Shown: positions 10,501 through 17,182 of the stretch, piece after piece
Numbering within the stretch: the stretch's first letter is position 1
Layout: every line of letters starts with the position of its first letter
Source of the DNA: Leptospirales bacterium
GTDB taxonomy: Bacteria; Spirochaetota; Leptospiria; Turneriellales; JAOUFE01
Assembly: GCA_040326155.1 (NCBI GenBank)
Contig: JBEQLE010000071.1
Location: forward strand, 1-23,226
Direction of reading: 5' to 3'
Length of the DNA stretch: 23,226 nt
The notes under the pieces: model-generated
The model's database searches: none
What the model saw: only the letters and a program-made list of their open reading frames with translations
Told to the model about the DNA's origin: nothing
Made by a program: the position numbers and the translations under genes

Positions 10501-12250
10501 CATGCAATACAGATACGACGCCGTCGGCAATCGCACCCAAGAGAGCGGTTACCTTCCAGCGAATTTACAGACCGGCGTGAGTGGTGGACCAGTTTCCATC
10601 GCATCGAATTACAACGAACTGAACCAACTGGTAAGTCGTGGCAGCATCACTTACGATTATGATTCCAAAGGAAACCGGGTAACAAAAACCGATTCGAGAA
10701 TCAACGGTCCGATTGGGGCAATAACCAGTTACACATATAATGTCGAAAACCAACTGACGAACGTAAAACTTCCCGACGCAAAAACCTATGAATATAAGTA
10801 CGATGCACTCGACCGGCGCGTCTATAAAAAATACGCCATCGGCCCAGACACCTTCGCCAACCATATTATTTACGACGGTCGCCAAACATTATACGAACTA
10901 AACGAAGACCAGTCGCCGCTGGCTCAGTATAATTTCTTACCGCACCCGTCTTTACCCTATGGCGAACCAGTACTCCGAAAATTCTACGGATACAAAGGCC
11001 GGGGAAGTGCAGGCGGTAAAGCTGGAAAACAGACCATCGGCAATACCCACTACTACCACACCGACGCGCTCGGCACAACCTGGAAAATGACAAACCACCA
11101 AGGGCAGGAGATATTCGAATACGACTATGACCCATGGGGGAATATTCTTAACAACGAATTCACCGAGCCATACAATCGCTTTTTATTCACCGGCAAAGAG
11201 TTTGATTACGAAACACAACTGACCCACATTGACGCTCGTGAGTACGACATGCAGAGCGCAACCTGGATACAAAAAGACCCATACAATCTGGCAACGTTGC
11301 AGTTACCGCAACAGGCGCAGGGGCTGGTTGCCATGCTAGGTCAAAAACCGCAGGGCATGCTGATGAACCCGGCAGATCTGAATGGGTACTCATATGTGTA
11401 TAATAACCCGGCTCGGTATAAAGATGATACGGGGCACTTTATTTTTACGGCGATGGCGATCGGTGCAGGAGTGGGTCTTCTAATTGAGGGAATAAGTCAG
11501 CTGCTTAGTGATAAGGAGATGTCTGTAGGTGAAAGACTGACTCGACTGGGTTTTTCTATGGTAGCAGGTGGATTGTCTGGTGTTGGTGGGTTCTGGGCTA
11601 GTGCTTATTTGAGAACAGGTTTCAACTTGCTTGCAGGTGCTACTATTAATTCTGGAATTTCAGCAGGTGTAACGACAATTAATAATAATCTATATGACGA
11701 GAATAATAATATATATCTTTCTGGACTTTTTGGTTTTGCTGGTGGGTTACTGGGTAATTATGGTGGTTCAAAAGTTGCAAACTGGTTAACGAAGACCAAG
11801 TTGCCTATTCCCAGACGATTTTTCAGTCCATACGTAAATTCAGCCGGAAGTTCTTACACAACGTATATGCAAAGTTTAACTGCCAAATCTCATGCAGTGG
11901 CACTCGCCACTGCTGAAGCATTTACTAATTTCTCTACGAATGGTTTAAACCCTTCTTTTTGGTCGAATATGCAAAATAAGTTTTCTGCTTTAACTCAGTC
12001 GACTTGTGCCCAACCCGAATACACCTCCGGCTGGACAACAAATTACTCGAATGTGTTTTCTAGCACAAATTCCAGTTATGAGAATAGCCAGCGAGAGCAG
12101 AGCCAAAGAGAACTTTCCTGGTCGTATGGTTTACAGTGGGACTACTTGGCTGATGGCAGACGAACTTTCTCTGTGGACCCGTCTACCATCGTGACATTGT
12201 ACACGAATCCACAAATAGAGATTGTGAATACGTACCACATGGGGTATTGA
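4517..12250 (+). CDS. Subtilisin (S8) peptidase - RHS/YD-repeat fusion protein, putative exported polymorphic toxin
   Basis: N-terminal hydrophobic helix; S8 triad motifs VAILDSG, NGHGTAVAGII, VTGSSGATAVVTG; DUF6531-like DGNPV...FGKAWFFNYD; many YD repeats; RHS core YYHTDALG..YDYDPWG..FTGKEFD..AREYD..QKDP..YSYVYNNPARYKDDTGH; ~270-aa C-terminal domain. Confidence 0.95.
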   Translation: MRELSHGWVRARKFLKYVLFFIPIILAVGVFVNYTGIFNTSDAKDYTASLVSPEYQEKISQLCSNELSANSPHCRYLKTNASWEHRVLVILKNENVNIQNVLAKIIADYKIQEGDGNKKNTTGTISYTLLDSTHAFFEVSTQNDKNRLQKLLRQYKDTIESVTDRKIQITAEPQPLSVKKPKLFSPKDPYMDRQWALAAIEAESAWGEMTNTTNRNVIVAILDSGVDYNHPELTNQIVSGYDFVRNDNIAEDENGHGTAVAGIIAAQTNKKGITGVNPLVKIMPLKVIDKNGNGSLTNLLLAIQYAVDNGASVINISAGFIEKNNDGPLVEVVQSYINYALNKGVVVVASAGNIPVQADELVLPAIADDIISVSSLDRNGEPVLRSNNFQPGLYAPGVSILTLNNLGVQNRLIDVFKTNNLFGYVTGSSGATAVVTGIVSLLVTELPGLSPLYYKAVLENSAQNRNANAYEAMLLLKKSLNPEDSDNKSNAQEPSGAEEMNTQISTQFCAPGHYELISSCTQSTYVDCSKWCQYPNVKSYPYPGCKGGSEYDFDSASGTNTDHCWKPVIVVDAALLEKAIREKELAIALALLVLYSSNLTDDDLQQLIKTVEKIYGISAEQTAGMDRAELLETLVTDVSTEMVDQDYPTLTQNERTLLAEAVTSASLYEIKQRDYNLPQSAFCDGNPVRMSSCTKETTALDLSIPVLSDRFEIKRKHSTFYKDNYSFGKAWFFNYDTRIILGVKKDAEKLLALGRTILNSTTERLETLKAAQADIQSYIDEIDGIYNRLNNNMDLIGSLWSEAESIRQHAKAERNLAITKRNETKTQADKAITHATNSNANGANAVISKARKAIDDANFYMNHAKNNYTKIVNRINTASNSTPDATELLSRLEEIRSSMNGKKATMDTLVNTMQTHVDELSAEVETLQTDAEIARVHMENNRYAVDPENAETQQFGNDYIKWIDENGNNHFFVVNENGTVEPVRAQNYNGINGLELVKNSDETYLLKTLSGSEYRFDKNGLLVSKADDYGTTLRFQYSEPVQIGAGEIKPLKSVQDRFNRKLSFEYTGRNITSITDFTGRIIRYTYNDGFLSSHTDAMGFSIAYEYDVENMIVTKVVDRNGGEKKYEYENISDTPRVVKETDPRGNTWQFDFDPDAKTTEITDRRGFTTTYYSNEAGSTTKIVHPDDSSIEYFYDQKQNRTAQKDENGNITGYVYNEQNQVQKIVLPNNGVITYAYYSSGKVKSITDPQGGKYSYTYNARGKVLTQSGPDGATMRYVYNSTGQPVKVTNSLGHSTVMTYDQFGYIASKRDASGALITMEFDTLGRPIMIIAPDTGEMYYEYDPLNRITSVMDPLGYISSFEYFPDGQISKKVLPLNRVFTYVYDISGNLIRLDEPGGVFVEYEYDEEENLVSQSKNGVETFRAELDSRGRITTSLDGGSSYTTEFFYDRAGNVIKLTDAYDNYYSFVYNSMNQLISAQDRLGSTNHIEYDLNGNRIASIDKLNSKTEYVYDSVNRLVETVDSLGGSMQMQYDLMGNRSRVVDNNGNVTTFRYNNANRLSSVTDSLGARSNYYYDKKGNRVKVVAPNGAETLMQYDLKSRVVAIVDALGQKSVLEYDAADNITHAKNANGELSSVKYDIRNRPILYQDPLGNKVNLQYDNFDNMVRATDPLGSVALFTYDQRNKLIETRKPGGGKNQFSYDRLDRLLEKTDALGRSTNYSYDSEGRLAQVSDALGNSTSYIYDAEGRLLSYTNANDHVTSYTYDSLSRLIRESDALKNSTRFSYDANSNLLQKSLPGGGTISFSYDAKNRLVKKATSDSMVNTYQYDVVDNLVSAQNANYIENYSYDLLKRKIHVNNITHNKSIEYQYDAVGRRTYMSSPKAPGSGTEYRYDRGGNLVGVRFPETPNRENLLQYDAAGRVANKQYVNGVVKNIAYDADGNITRQSETLNGTSIVDFAYEYDKVGNPIRITRETGRTDEMTYDKLNRMTEFVRGAYSMQYRYDAVGNRTQESGYLPANLQTGVSGGPVSIASNYNELNQLVSRGSITYDYDSKGNRVTKTDSRINGPIGAITSYTYNVENQLTNVKLPDAKTYEYKYDALDRRVYKKYAIGPDTFANHIIYDGRQTLYELNEDQSPLAQYNFLPHPSLPYGEPVLRKFYGYKGRGSAGGKAGKQTIGNTHYYHTDALGTTWKMTNHQGQEIFEYDYDPWGNILNNEFTEPYNRFLFTGKEFDYETQLTHIDAREYDMQSATWIQKDPYNLATLQLPQQAQGLVAMLGQKPQGMLMNPADLNGYSYVYNNPARYKDDTGHFIFTAMAIGAGVGLLIEGISQLLSDKEMSVGERLTRLGFSMVAGGLSGVGGFWASAYLRTGFNLLAGATINSGISAGVTTINNNLYDENNNIYLSGLFGFAGGLLGNYGGSKVANWLTKTKLPIPRRFFSPYVNSAGSSYTTYMQSLTAKSHAVALATAEAFTNFSTNGLNPSFWSNMQNKFSALTQSTCAQPEYTSGWTTNYSNVFSSTNSSYENSQREQSQRELSWSYGLQWDYLADGRRTFSVDPSTIVTLYTNPQIEIVNTYHMGY

Positions 12251-12354
12251 TGGCCTAACATTTTATTGGCAATTTGTCTAAACTATTTTGTTTGGACTTT
12301 TGTAGAATATTAAGAGTTGTTTGTTAGACACTAGAGGAAATAGGAAGGTTATCT

Positions 12355-12876
12355 ATGGTTAGAGAAAGTTATAAAGTTCAGCCGGGCTTGTATCGATTAT
12401 TCGTAGGAATACTGATAATAGTTCTTTTCTTAGTGATTATAACACTTCTGAGTGCTATAAAGAATTCCTTTAACCTGGGTAATGATAGTTTTAGTGTTTT
12501 TCTGTTTACATTTGTGACCATTTCTATGTTCATTTTTTTAAGAAAGTTTCCTAGAGAGATCAAATTGGTAGAAAATGTGTTGTATATACATTACTACTTT
12601 CGTAAAGATGTGGAAAAGTCATGTGATTCGATAACAAAAATTTTAGCTGGCGGGAAGGGTGCTCCATTCGCTGAAATTACAATACACTTTAATGATGGGT
12701 TATCGATAAAACTACTTGAGAGTAGTGAAAACTTTATTCCATTTCTTCTGGCTTTGATGAAGCAGGTAGAGCAGTGTGAAACTGCCAATTTCGAAAAGTT
12801 GCATAAGAGAACATATATTGAGCCTAACGATATCGCCTTGCTCATGAAAGAAGTTAAGCGAATACAGGAACCATAG
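12355..12876 (+). CDS. 2-TM membrane protein with soluble C-terminal domain; putative immunity protein A (module 1)
   Basis: Directly downstream of RHS; two hydrophobic helices then a beta-rich domain; clear paralog at 21626-22156 (IHYYFRKD, LLESS.FIPF, DIAL.MKEV). Immunity role inferred from position. Confidence 0.75.
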   Translation: MVRESYKVQPGLYRLFVGILIIVLFLVIITLLSAIKNSFNLGNDSFSVFLFTFVTISMFIFLRKFPREIKLVENVLYIHYYFRKDVEKSCDSITKILAGGKGAPFAEITIHFNDGLSIKLLESSENFIPFLLALMKQVEQCETANFEKLHKRTYIEPNDIALLMKEVKRIQEP

Positions 12877-12896
12877 ATCTACAACTGTACTTTGTT

Positions 12897-13226
12897 ATGC
12901 AGGAAATAGTCAATTTTATAATCACAATTATTGTTTTTCTTCTGTATATCGCTATCGGTCTAGCTGTTCCACTTATTTTCGTTGTGCTCTTGGTTGGTTA
13001 TCCATTGCGTATAATTCATTTTTCAAATAGAAGTAGATCTTGGAATAGGTGTGCAAAAACTCTTTGGGTATTAGCAATGAATACGTTATTCATATTACCC
13101 TGTTCTATTTACATTGAAGAAATATTACAGCTACACGGATTAATTGTAATCGTTATAGCGTCTATCTGTATGGTTTTTTTTACGTTTTCACTATTGATTT
13201 TGTCTGAAGATGGGAAGCATTTTTAA
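12897..13226 (+). CDS. Small multi-TM membrane protein; putative immunity/accessory protein B (module 1)
   Basis: 109 aa, 3-4 hydrophobic segments; colinear paralog at 22177-22506 (YPLRII.FSNRSR, VLAMNT). Confidence 0.75.
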   Translation: MQEIVNFIITIIVFLLYIAIGLAVPLIFVVLLVGYPLRIIHFSNRSRSWNRCAKTLWVLAMNTLFILPCSIYIEEILQLHGLIVIVIASICMVFFTFSLLILSEDGKHF

Positions 13227-13235
13227 GTGTTAGAT

Positions 13236-13380
13236 AATCTGTTTTCTACCACAAATACCAGATATACTAACAGCCTTCGAGAACAAAGCCAAAGAGAACT
13301 TTCCTGGTCGTATGGTTTACAATGGGATTACTTGGCTGATGGTAGACGAACTTTTTCGGTGGACTCGTCTACTATTGTTA
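13236..13380 (+). pseudogene. Relic third copy of the RHS C-terminal conserved tail
   Basis: Ungapped match to 12050-12194 (21 mismatches in 145 nt, hand count); translates NLFSTTNTRYTNSLREQSQRELSWSYGLQWDYLADGRRTFSVDSSTIV. Confidence 0.92.
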
Positions 13381-13618
13381 TAATTTAATCAGAAGTTTTG
13401 AGACTACCTGAGTCAGCCAGGCGAGCACCAAACTAACCTCAAGTTTCGTACGAGCTTGGCGGTTAAACTCAGGTAGTCTCAAAATGTGGTTGAGCATCTA
13501 CGAAAAAACAATTGATCTAATGTCTCTATAAACGTAAAGATCATTTTGGTGTATAATATGATGCGAAACCCGCAGGCGAGAGCAGTCGCGCCTGAGCAGA
13601 TCAAAATTTGTTTTGCGC
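13377..13618 (+). repeat. Long palindromic attC-like element, copy 1 (left end truncated)
   Basis: Homologous to 16051-16244; internal perfect 18-bp IR TTTTGAGACTACCTGAGT/ACTCAGGTAGTCTCAAAA (13396-13413/13467-13484); ends GTTTTGCGC; precedes a single ORF. Confidence 0.7.
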
Positions 13619-13692
13619 AGTACCTCGACAATGATAAAATTAGAACAAGAAATGTATTATGATATATTAACCTTAGGGAGAAGGATTTATTT

Positions 13693-14430
13693 ATGGGAAT
13701 AGCAGAGATTAGCAGTTATGTTACTATATTTATGGTTCCTTTTGCCATTGGAACTTTTATTTATGCCGTAATCGAAGGTAAAAAGGCAACCGCTGAATAT
13801 AAAAAGGCGAATACTGAATATAAAGAAGCGATGATAAAATCAAAAAGCGTAGATGAGCTTATTGACGAATATGCAAAACTTGTAGCCGAATATAAAGGAA
13901 GAATACTTAGTTGGGCAGATACTGTAAATGAGTTGGCAAAACAAATTGAAACTGAAGAAGAACAAATTTGTATGGCAATGGACACACTATCCTATGGAAT
14001 TTTTTCTGCGCCAGAAGCATATAAACAATTTTGGGTAAACTTATTGACGAAAGCCGCAAGTGAAATGCCCATTGAAATCATAACTTTCAATGACCAAGCA
14101 CAGGAACAGTTGTTTGAAGAGCAGTATGGAAGAAAAAGGGAAGGTAGTTCGAGTGATGAAATCAATAAAGGTGTACAAAACCATCACGCTTGCATTAAAA
14201 CCTTAATTGAGCAAGGACAAAATACAGTAAATATTGCATATGCCCCATACTTTTCCATGCATCTATTCATTTTTAAAGCTAACAAAGTTGCACTATTTAC
14301 AATACAAGAATTTCATGAAGATGGGAAAGTGGATTCACATACTATAAAAACTCAAGATGACAAACTTATTAAAATATGCCGAGAGTCATTTAGAAAAATG
14401 CAGAAAATTTCTGCCTCAGATGTTAAATAA
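13693..14430 (+). CDS. Hypothetical protein: N-terminal TM helix + coiled coil + possible PLD-like fold domain without HKD motif
   Basis: Strong RBS (GGAGAAGG); hydrophobic residues ~9-27; C-terminal pattern IEIITFN...MHLFIF..KVALFTI...TIKTQDDKLIKICRESF recalls TrmB-C/DUF5919-like PLD folds (inference). Confidence 0.6.
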   Translation: MGIAEISSYVTIFMVPFAIGTFIYAVIEGKKATAEYKKANTEYKEAMIKSKSVDELIDEYAKLVAEYKGRILSWADTVNELAKQIETEEEQICMAMDTLSYGIFSAPEAYKQFWVNLLTKAASEMPIEIITFNDQAQEQLFEEQYGRKREGSSSDEINKGVQNHHACIKTLIEQGQNTVNIAYAPYFSMHLFIFKANKVALFTIQEFHEDGKVDSHTIKTQDDKLIKICRESFRKMQKISASDVK

Positions 14431-14472
14431 TTAGTAAAATCGATTACGTAAATGTAAAAGAAAAGCACGAAT

Positions 14473-14826
14473 TCAAATATCTAAAATTTCATTAATAATA
14501 TTACGAACTTTTATTTTTTTGGGGGCATCAGGCATCTCATTAAGCTTCCGAATTATTATCAAATCATCATCCGATGTCTTCAGATCGTCATCGCATTCTT
14601 TCAAAGTCATTGGACCGTTGCCAGTTAGTAGCCAGTCGATAGATAAATTATAAGTATCCATTAGCTTCACTAGAAAGTCAAAAGATGGAGTCGACTTGCC
14701 TGTTTCGATATGGGTTACATATGATCGGTTGAGATTCGCTTTATTGCTCATTTCAGTCTGAGAAATACCAATAGCTTTTCGGAAGTCACCAAGTCTTTCA
14801 CCTATTGTGTTAATTTTCGGTTCCAT
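14473..14826 (-). CDS. XRE/Cro-C1 family HTH transcriptional regulator
   Basis: IGERLGDFRKAIGISQTEMSNKANLNRSYVTHIETGKSTPSFDFLVKL...LSIDWLLTGNGPM. Confidence 0.93.
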   Translation of the reverse strand: MEPKINTIGERLGDFRKAIGISQTEMSNKANLNRSYVTHIETGKSTPSFDFLVKLMDTYNLSIDWLLTGNGPMTLKECDDDLKTSDDDLIIIRKLNEMPDAPKKIKVRNIINEILDI

Positions 14827-14911
14827 AAAGTTAGATTATTCATAAATCGTCAGAATAAGTATCATTGTAAAGTACTATAACTAAAAAAAGGTACATAATA
14901 TATAAAAATAG

Positions 14912-14942
14912 TTGACAAAGCAGTGAATATTATAGATATAAT
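14912..14942 (+). promoter_or_regulatory. Candidate sigma70 promoter divergent from the XRE gene
   Basis: Consensus TTGACA (14912-14917) and TATAAT (14937-14942), 19-nt spacer, upstream of ATG 14980. Confidence 0.5.
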
Positions 14943-14979
14943 ACCTTATTAAGGCAAGGTAGGTACAAGAAGTAACAAA

Positions 14980-15222
14980 ATGGCATATACACCAGAATTT
15001 AGTATGAAAGCAAGCTCGACTTTGAGAAGAATCGCATGGGCAGTCGGAAAACCAATGACAAAAACAGCCGAGGATATAATGGATTTTCTACCTCAAATAA
15101 TTGACAAAAAGATAGTTTGCAAGAGGTGTCGTGATAAAACTAAGTGTAATGATTGTGTTTTTTATGGTAGAGTAAATAAAAAGAATGCATATTTAATAAA
15201 ATCAATTATCAGAGATTTATAG
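14980..15222 (+). CDS. Small protein, RHH-like N-terminus + CxxC-x5-CxxC zinc-binding C-terminus (copy 1)
   Basis: MAYTPEFSMKASSTLRRIAWAVGKPMTK...VCKRCRDKTKCNDCVF; paralog at 17183-17386(-). Confidence 0.75.
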   Translation: MAYTPEFSMKASSTLRRIAWAVGKPMTKTAEDIMDFLPQIIDKKIVCKRCRDKTKCNDCVFYGRVNKKNAYLIKSIIRDL

Positions 15223-15226
15223 ATTA

Positions 15227-16006
15227 ATGGAAATAATAAACCCCTTTGAAGAAGATCTAGACAAACCGGTGTTTAGTACAACACCGGTTTTTGAGGTTAG
15301 AAATAGAAAAACAAAATTGATAGCTTCTGGAAATTACTTTGATATTGATGGGCGGATTTTATTTGTGACTGCAGGTCATGTATTTACCAATCATGGAAAA
15401 AATGGTTTATTTGTAGCAAATAATAAATCTGAAAAAATATATTTAAATGAAAGCAAAAAGTATATTTTTGCAAGTCAATACGCAAAAGAGCCTGGGGGGG
15501 ATGATGATCAAATGGATATCGGAGTGATACCATTATTCAATGTTAACAAAAGTACGATTCCTCAAAATATAATTAATATTAATGATATTTACACGAAACC
15601 TGAAGTCGACATTAATTACCAAGCAGTTATGTTAGGCTTTCCATATGGCTTGAAAATAGATGAGCACCGGAAAATAATCGATTGTCCAATGTTTATATAT
15701 AACACAACCTTTGTTCACAAGCCTTCACCACAATTTACAAATGCATCATCAGACTTCAACTATTTAATAAAATATAAAAGGCGTGATATCGATCATCTTG
15801 GTAATAAGAAGACAACGCCAAAACCGCAAGGGATTTCAGGTGGAGGCCTATGGGTCAAGAATGGTAATAAGGATAAATGGAAAATTATTGGAATACCAAT
15901 CGAATACCATAATAATCATTCACAAATTTTAGTCACGAGAGCAGACCAGTTAATTAGTGGGTTTAGAAGTATTATCGCTGATTATTCAACTAATTTCGAT
16001 AATTAA
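15227..16006 (+). CDS. Trypsin-like serine protease (cytoplasmic)
   Basis: Triad motifs FVTAGHV (His), MDIGVI (Asp), GISGGGLW (Ser), plus LGFP and IIGI; no signal peptide; starts 4 nt after the upstream stop. Confidence 0.88.
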   Translation: MEIINPFEEDLDKPVFSTTPVFEVRNRKTKLIASGNYFDIDGRILFVTAGHVFTNHGKNGLFVANNKSEKIYLNESKKYIFASQYAKEPGGDDDQMDIGVIPLFNVNKSTIPQNIININDIYTKPEVDINYQAVMLGFPYGLKIDEHRKIIDCPMFIYNTTFVHKPSPQFTNASSDFNYLIKYKRRDIDHLGNKKTTPKPQGISGGGLWVKNGNKDKWKIIGIPIEYHNNHSQILVTRADQLISGFRSIIADYSTNFDN

Positions 16007-16050
16007 AGCAAATTAGTATAATACTAATCAGATGGCAAACTGTAGGTATT

Positions 16051-16244
16051 GCGCTTAACGTTATAATCTTATCTGACGTTTTGGGGCTGACTACGGAGGA
16101 AGCCCCAAAACGTAGTTGAGCATCTACGAAAAAACATTTGATCTTATGTCTCTTCAAATGTAAGTAACATTTTGAAGTAAAATAAGATGCGAAACCTGAA
16201 CGCCCGCACAGTCAGGAGTAAGCAGATCAAAATTTATTGTACGC
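16051..16244 (+). repeat. Long palindromic attC-like element, copy 2
   Basis: Starts GCGCTTAAC (RYYYAAC) 44 nt after the protease stop and ends ATTGTACGC; sub-terminal AATCTTATCTG pairs imperfectly with CAGATCAAAATT; internal perfect 13-bp IR ACGTTTTGGGGCT/AGCCCCAAAACGT (16076-16088/16101-16113). Confidence 0.72.
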
Positions 16245-16278
16245 TGGAGCAAATGAGTAAGAACGAGATTTTTTATTT

Positions 16279-17031
16279 ATGGATGAGAATACACGAAAAT
16301 ATTTATTAGAGCATCTTAGAAAAGAATATGAACTTTCGTTCGATCGGAAGGATAGTTTAAATAGAGCATTAAATATTCAGATTTTTCTATTTACAATATC
16401 AGGAACTGGTATTGCCTATATGCTCCAAAATTATCCTATTATTAATCAAAGTTCTATTCTCTATTATTATTCTATATTATTAGTTATCACCTTTTTCTTA
16501 ATTCGATCCTCGTATTATTTTATTAAAGGTATGTGGGGACATACATATTCATATATAGCAACGCCGGAACAGATAGTTAATTATGTCGATGACTTGAATC
16601 AATACAACGAAAAGGTTGATGAAGAGAAAAAGAAAAACGTTGAAACAATAACAACTGAGATGTTAATAAAATTATATGCCAAGAGTGCTACTAAAAACAT
16701 TAAAAGTAATGAACTAAAAGGCAAGCTTCATAACGCATCAATTAGAATGATTATAATCGCAAATATATTTTTAATTGTATCGTTTATTCCATACACGTTC
16801 TTAAAAAAATCGGAAAAAGTACAGATTATTAAATTATTGAACCAGGAGAGAATAATGGCTGAAGATGAACAACAAAAACCTAGCACACCGGCGGAACCAC
16901 CGAGCGAGGATACCCGAACAAAAGGTACCGAGACACAACCTGTAAAGCTACCAAAACAACCGGGAACAAGAGAAACAACCGAGAGTAATTACAAGGGGCC
17001 TCGGCCATTCACAGGAAAAAAAGACAAATAA
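16279..17031 (+). CDS. 3-TM membrane protein (Pycsar-effector/DUF5706-like topology) with Pro/charged disordered tail
   Basis: Helix YELSFDRKDSLNRAL, 2 TMs, soluble loop, NIKSNELKGKLHNAS, third TM; tail MAEDEQQKPSTPAEPP... Family assignment is inference from topology. Confidence 0.6.
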   Translation: MDENTRKYLLEHLRKEYELSFDRKDSLNRALNIQIFLFTISGTGIAYMLQNYPIINQSSILYYYSILLVITFFLIRSSYYFIKGMWGHTYSYIATPEQIVNYVDDLNQYNEKVDEEKKKNVETITTEMLIKLYAKSATKNIKSNELKGKLHNASIRMIIIANIFLIVSFIPYTFLKKSEKVQIIKLLNQERIMAEDEQQKPSTPAEPPSEDTRTKGTETQPVKLPKQPGTRETTESNYKGPRPFTGKKDK

Positions 17032-17182
17032 GATAGAGTAATTCTTCTATGTATTTTTGATGAATTGAAAATTAAGCTAGGAAACAATATATAATTGTGA
17101 CCTAGCTTGCATTATTGAACGCATTCTTTTGTTCCAATCGATTGGGCATGTTAATGTGTTAATATATTTTTGATAGTGCTAT

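Noticed and set aside
7400..10900. Recurring DNA motifs in the RHS genes as a CRISPR/tandem array
   Set aside because: They are degenerate protein-level YD repeats; no constant repeat with unique spacers and no cas genes.
4517..12250. T6SS or Tc-toxin assignment of the RHS
   Set aside because: No PAAR, VgrG, EagR/DUF1795 chaperone or TcA/TcB (SpvB) sequence is visible in the window.
12253..12329. Possible attC (GCCTAAC...GTTAGAC) right after the RHS1 stop
   Set aside because: Core boxes match and there is a central GTCTAAAC/GTTTGGAC stem, but L boxes do not pair convincingly, the equivalent spacer after RHS2 is unrelated, and chance matches are likely in AT-rich DNA.
147..12845. Numerous 60-170 aa antisense or alternative-frame ORFs overlapping the main genes
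   Set aside because: Shadow ORFs of well-supported genes, with no recognisable motifs.
12050..13380. Diversity-generating retroelement (13236-13380 as template repeat for a C-terminal variable repeat at 12050-12194)
   Set aside because: The geometry is DGR-like, but mismatches are not adenine-specific (many C/T, G/C, G/T, about half synonymous) and no reverse transcriptase is in the window.
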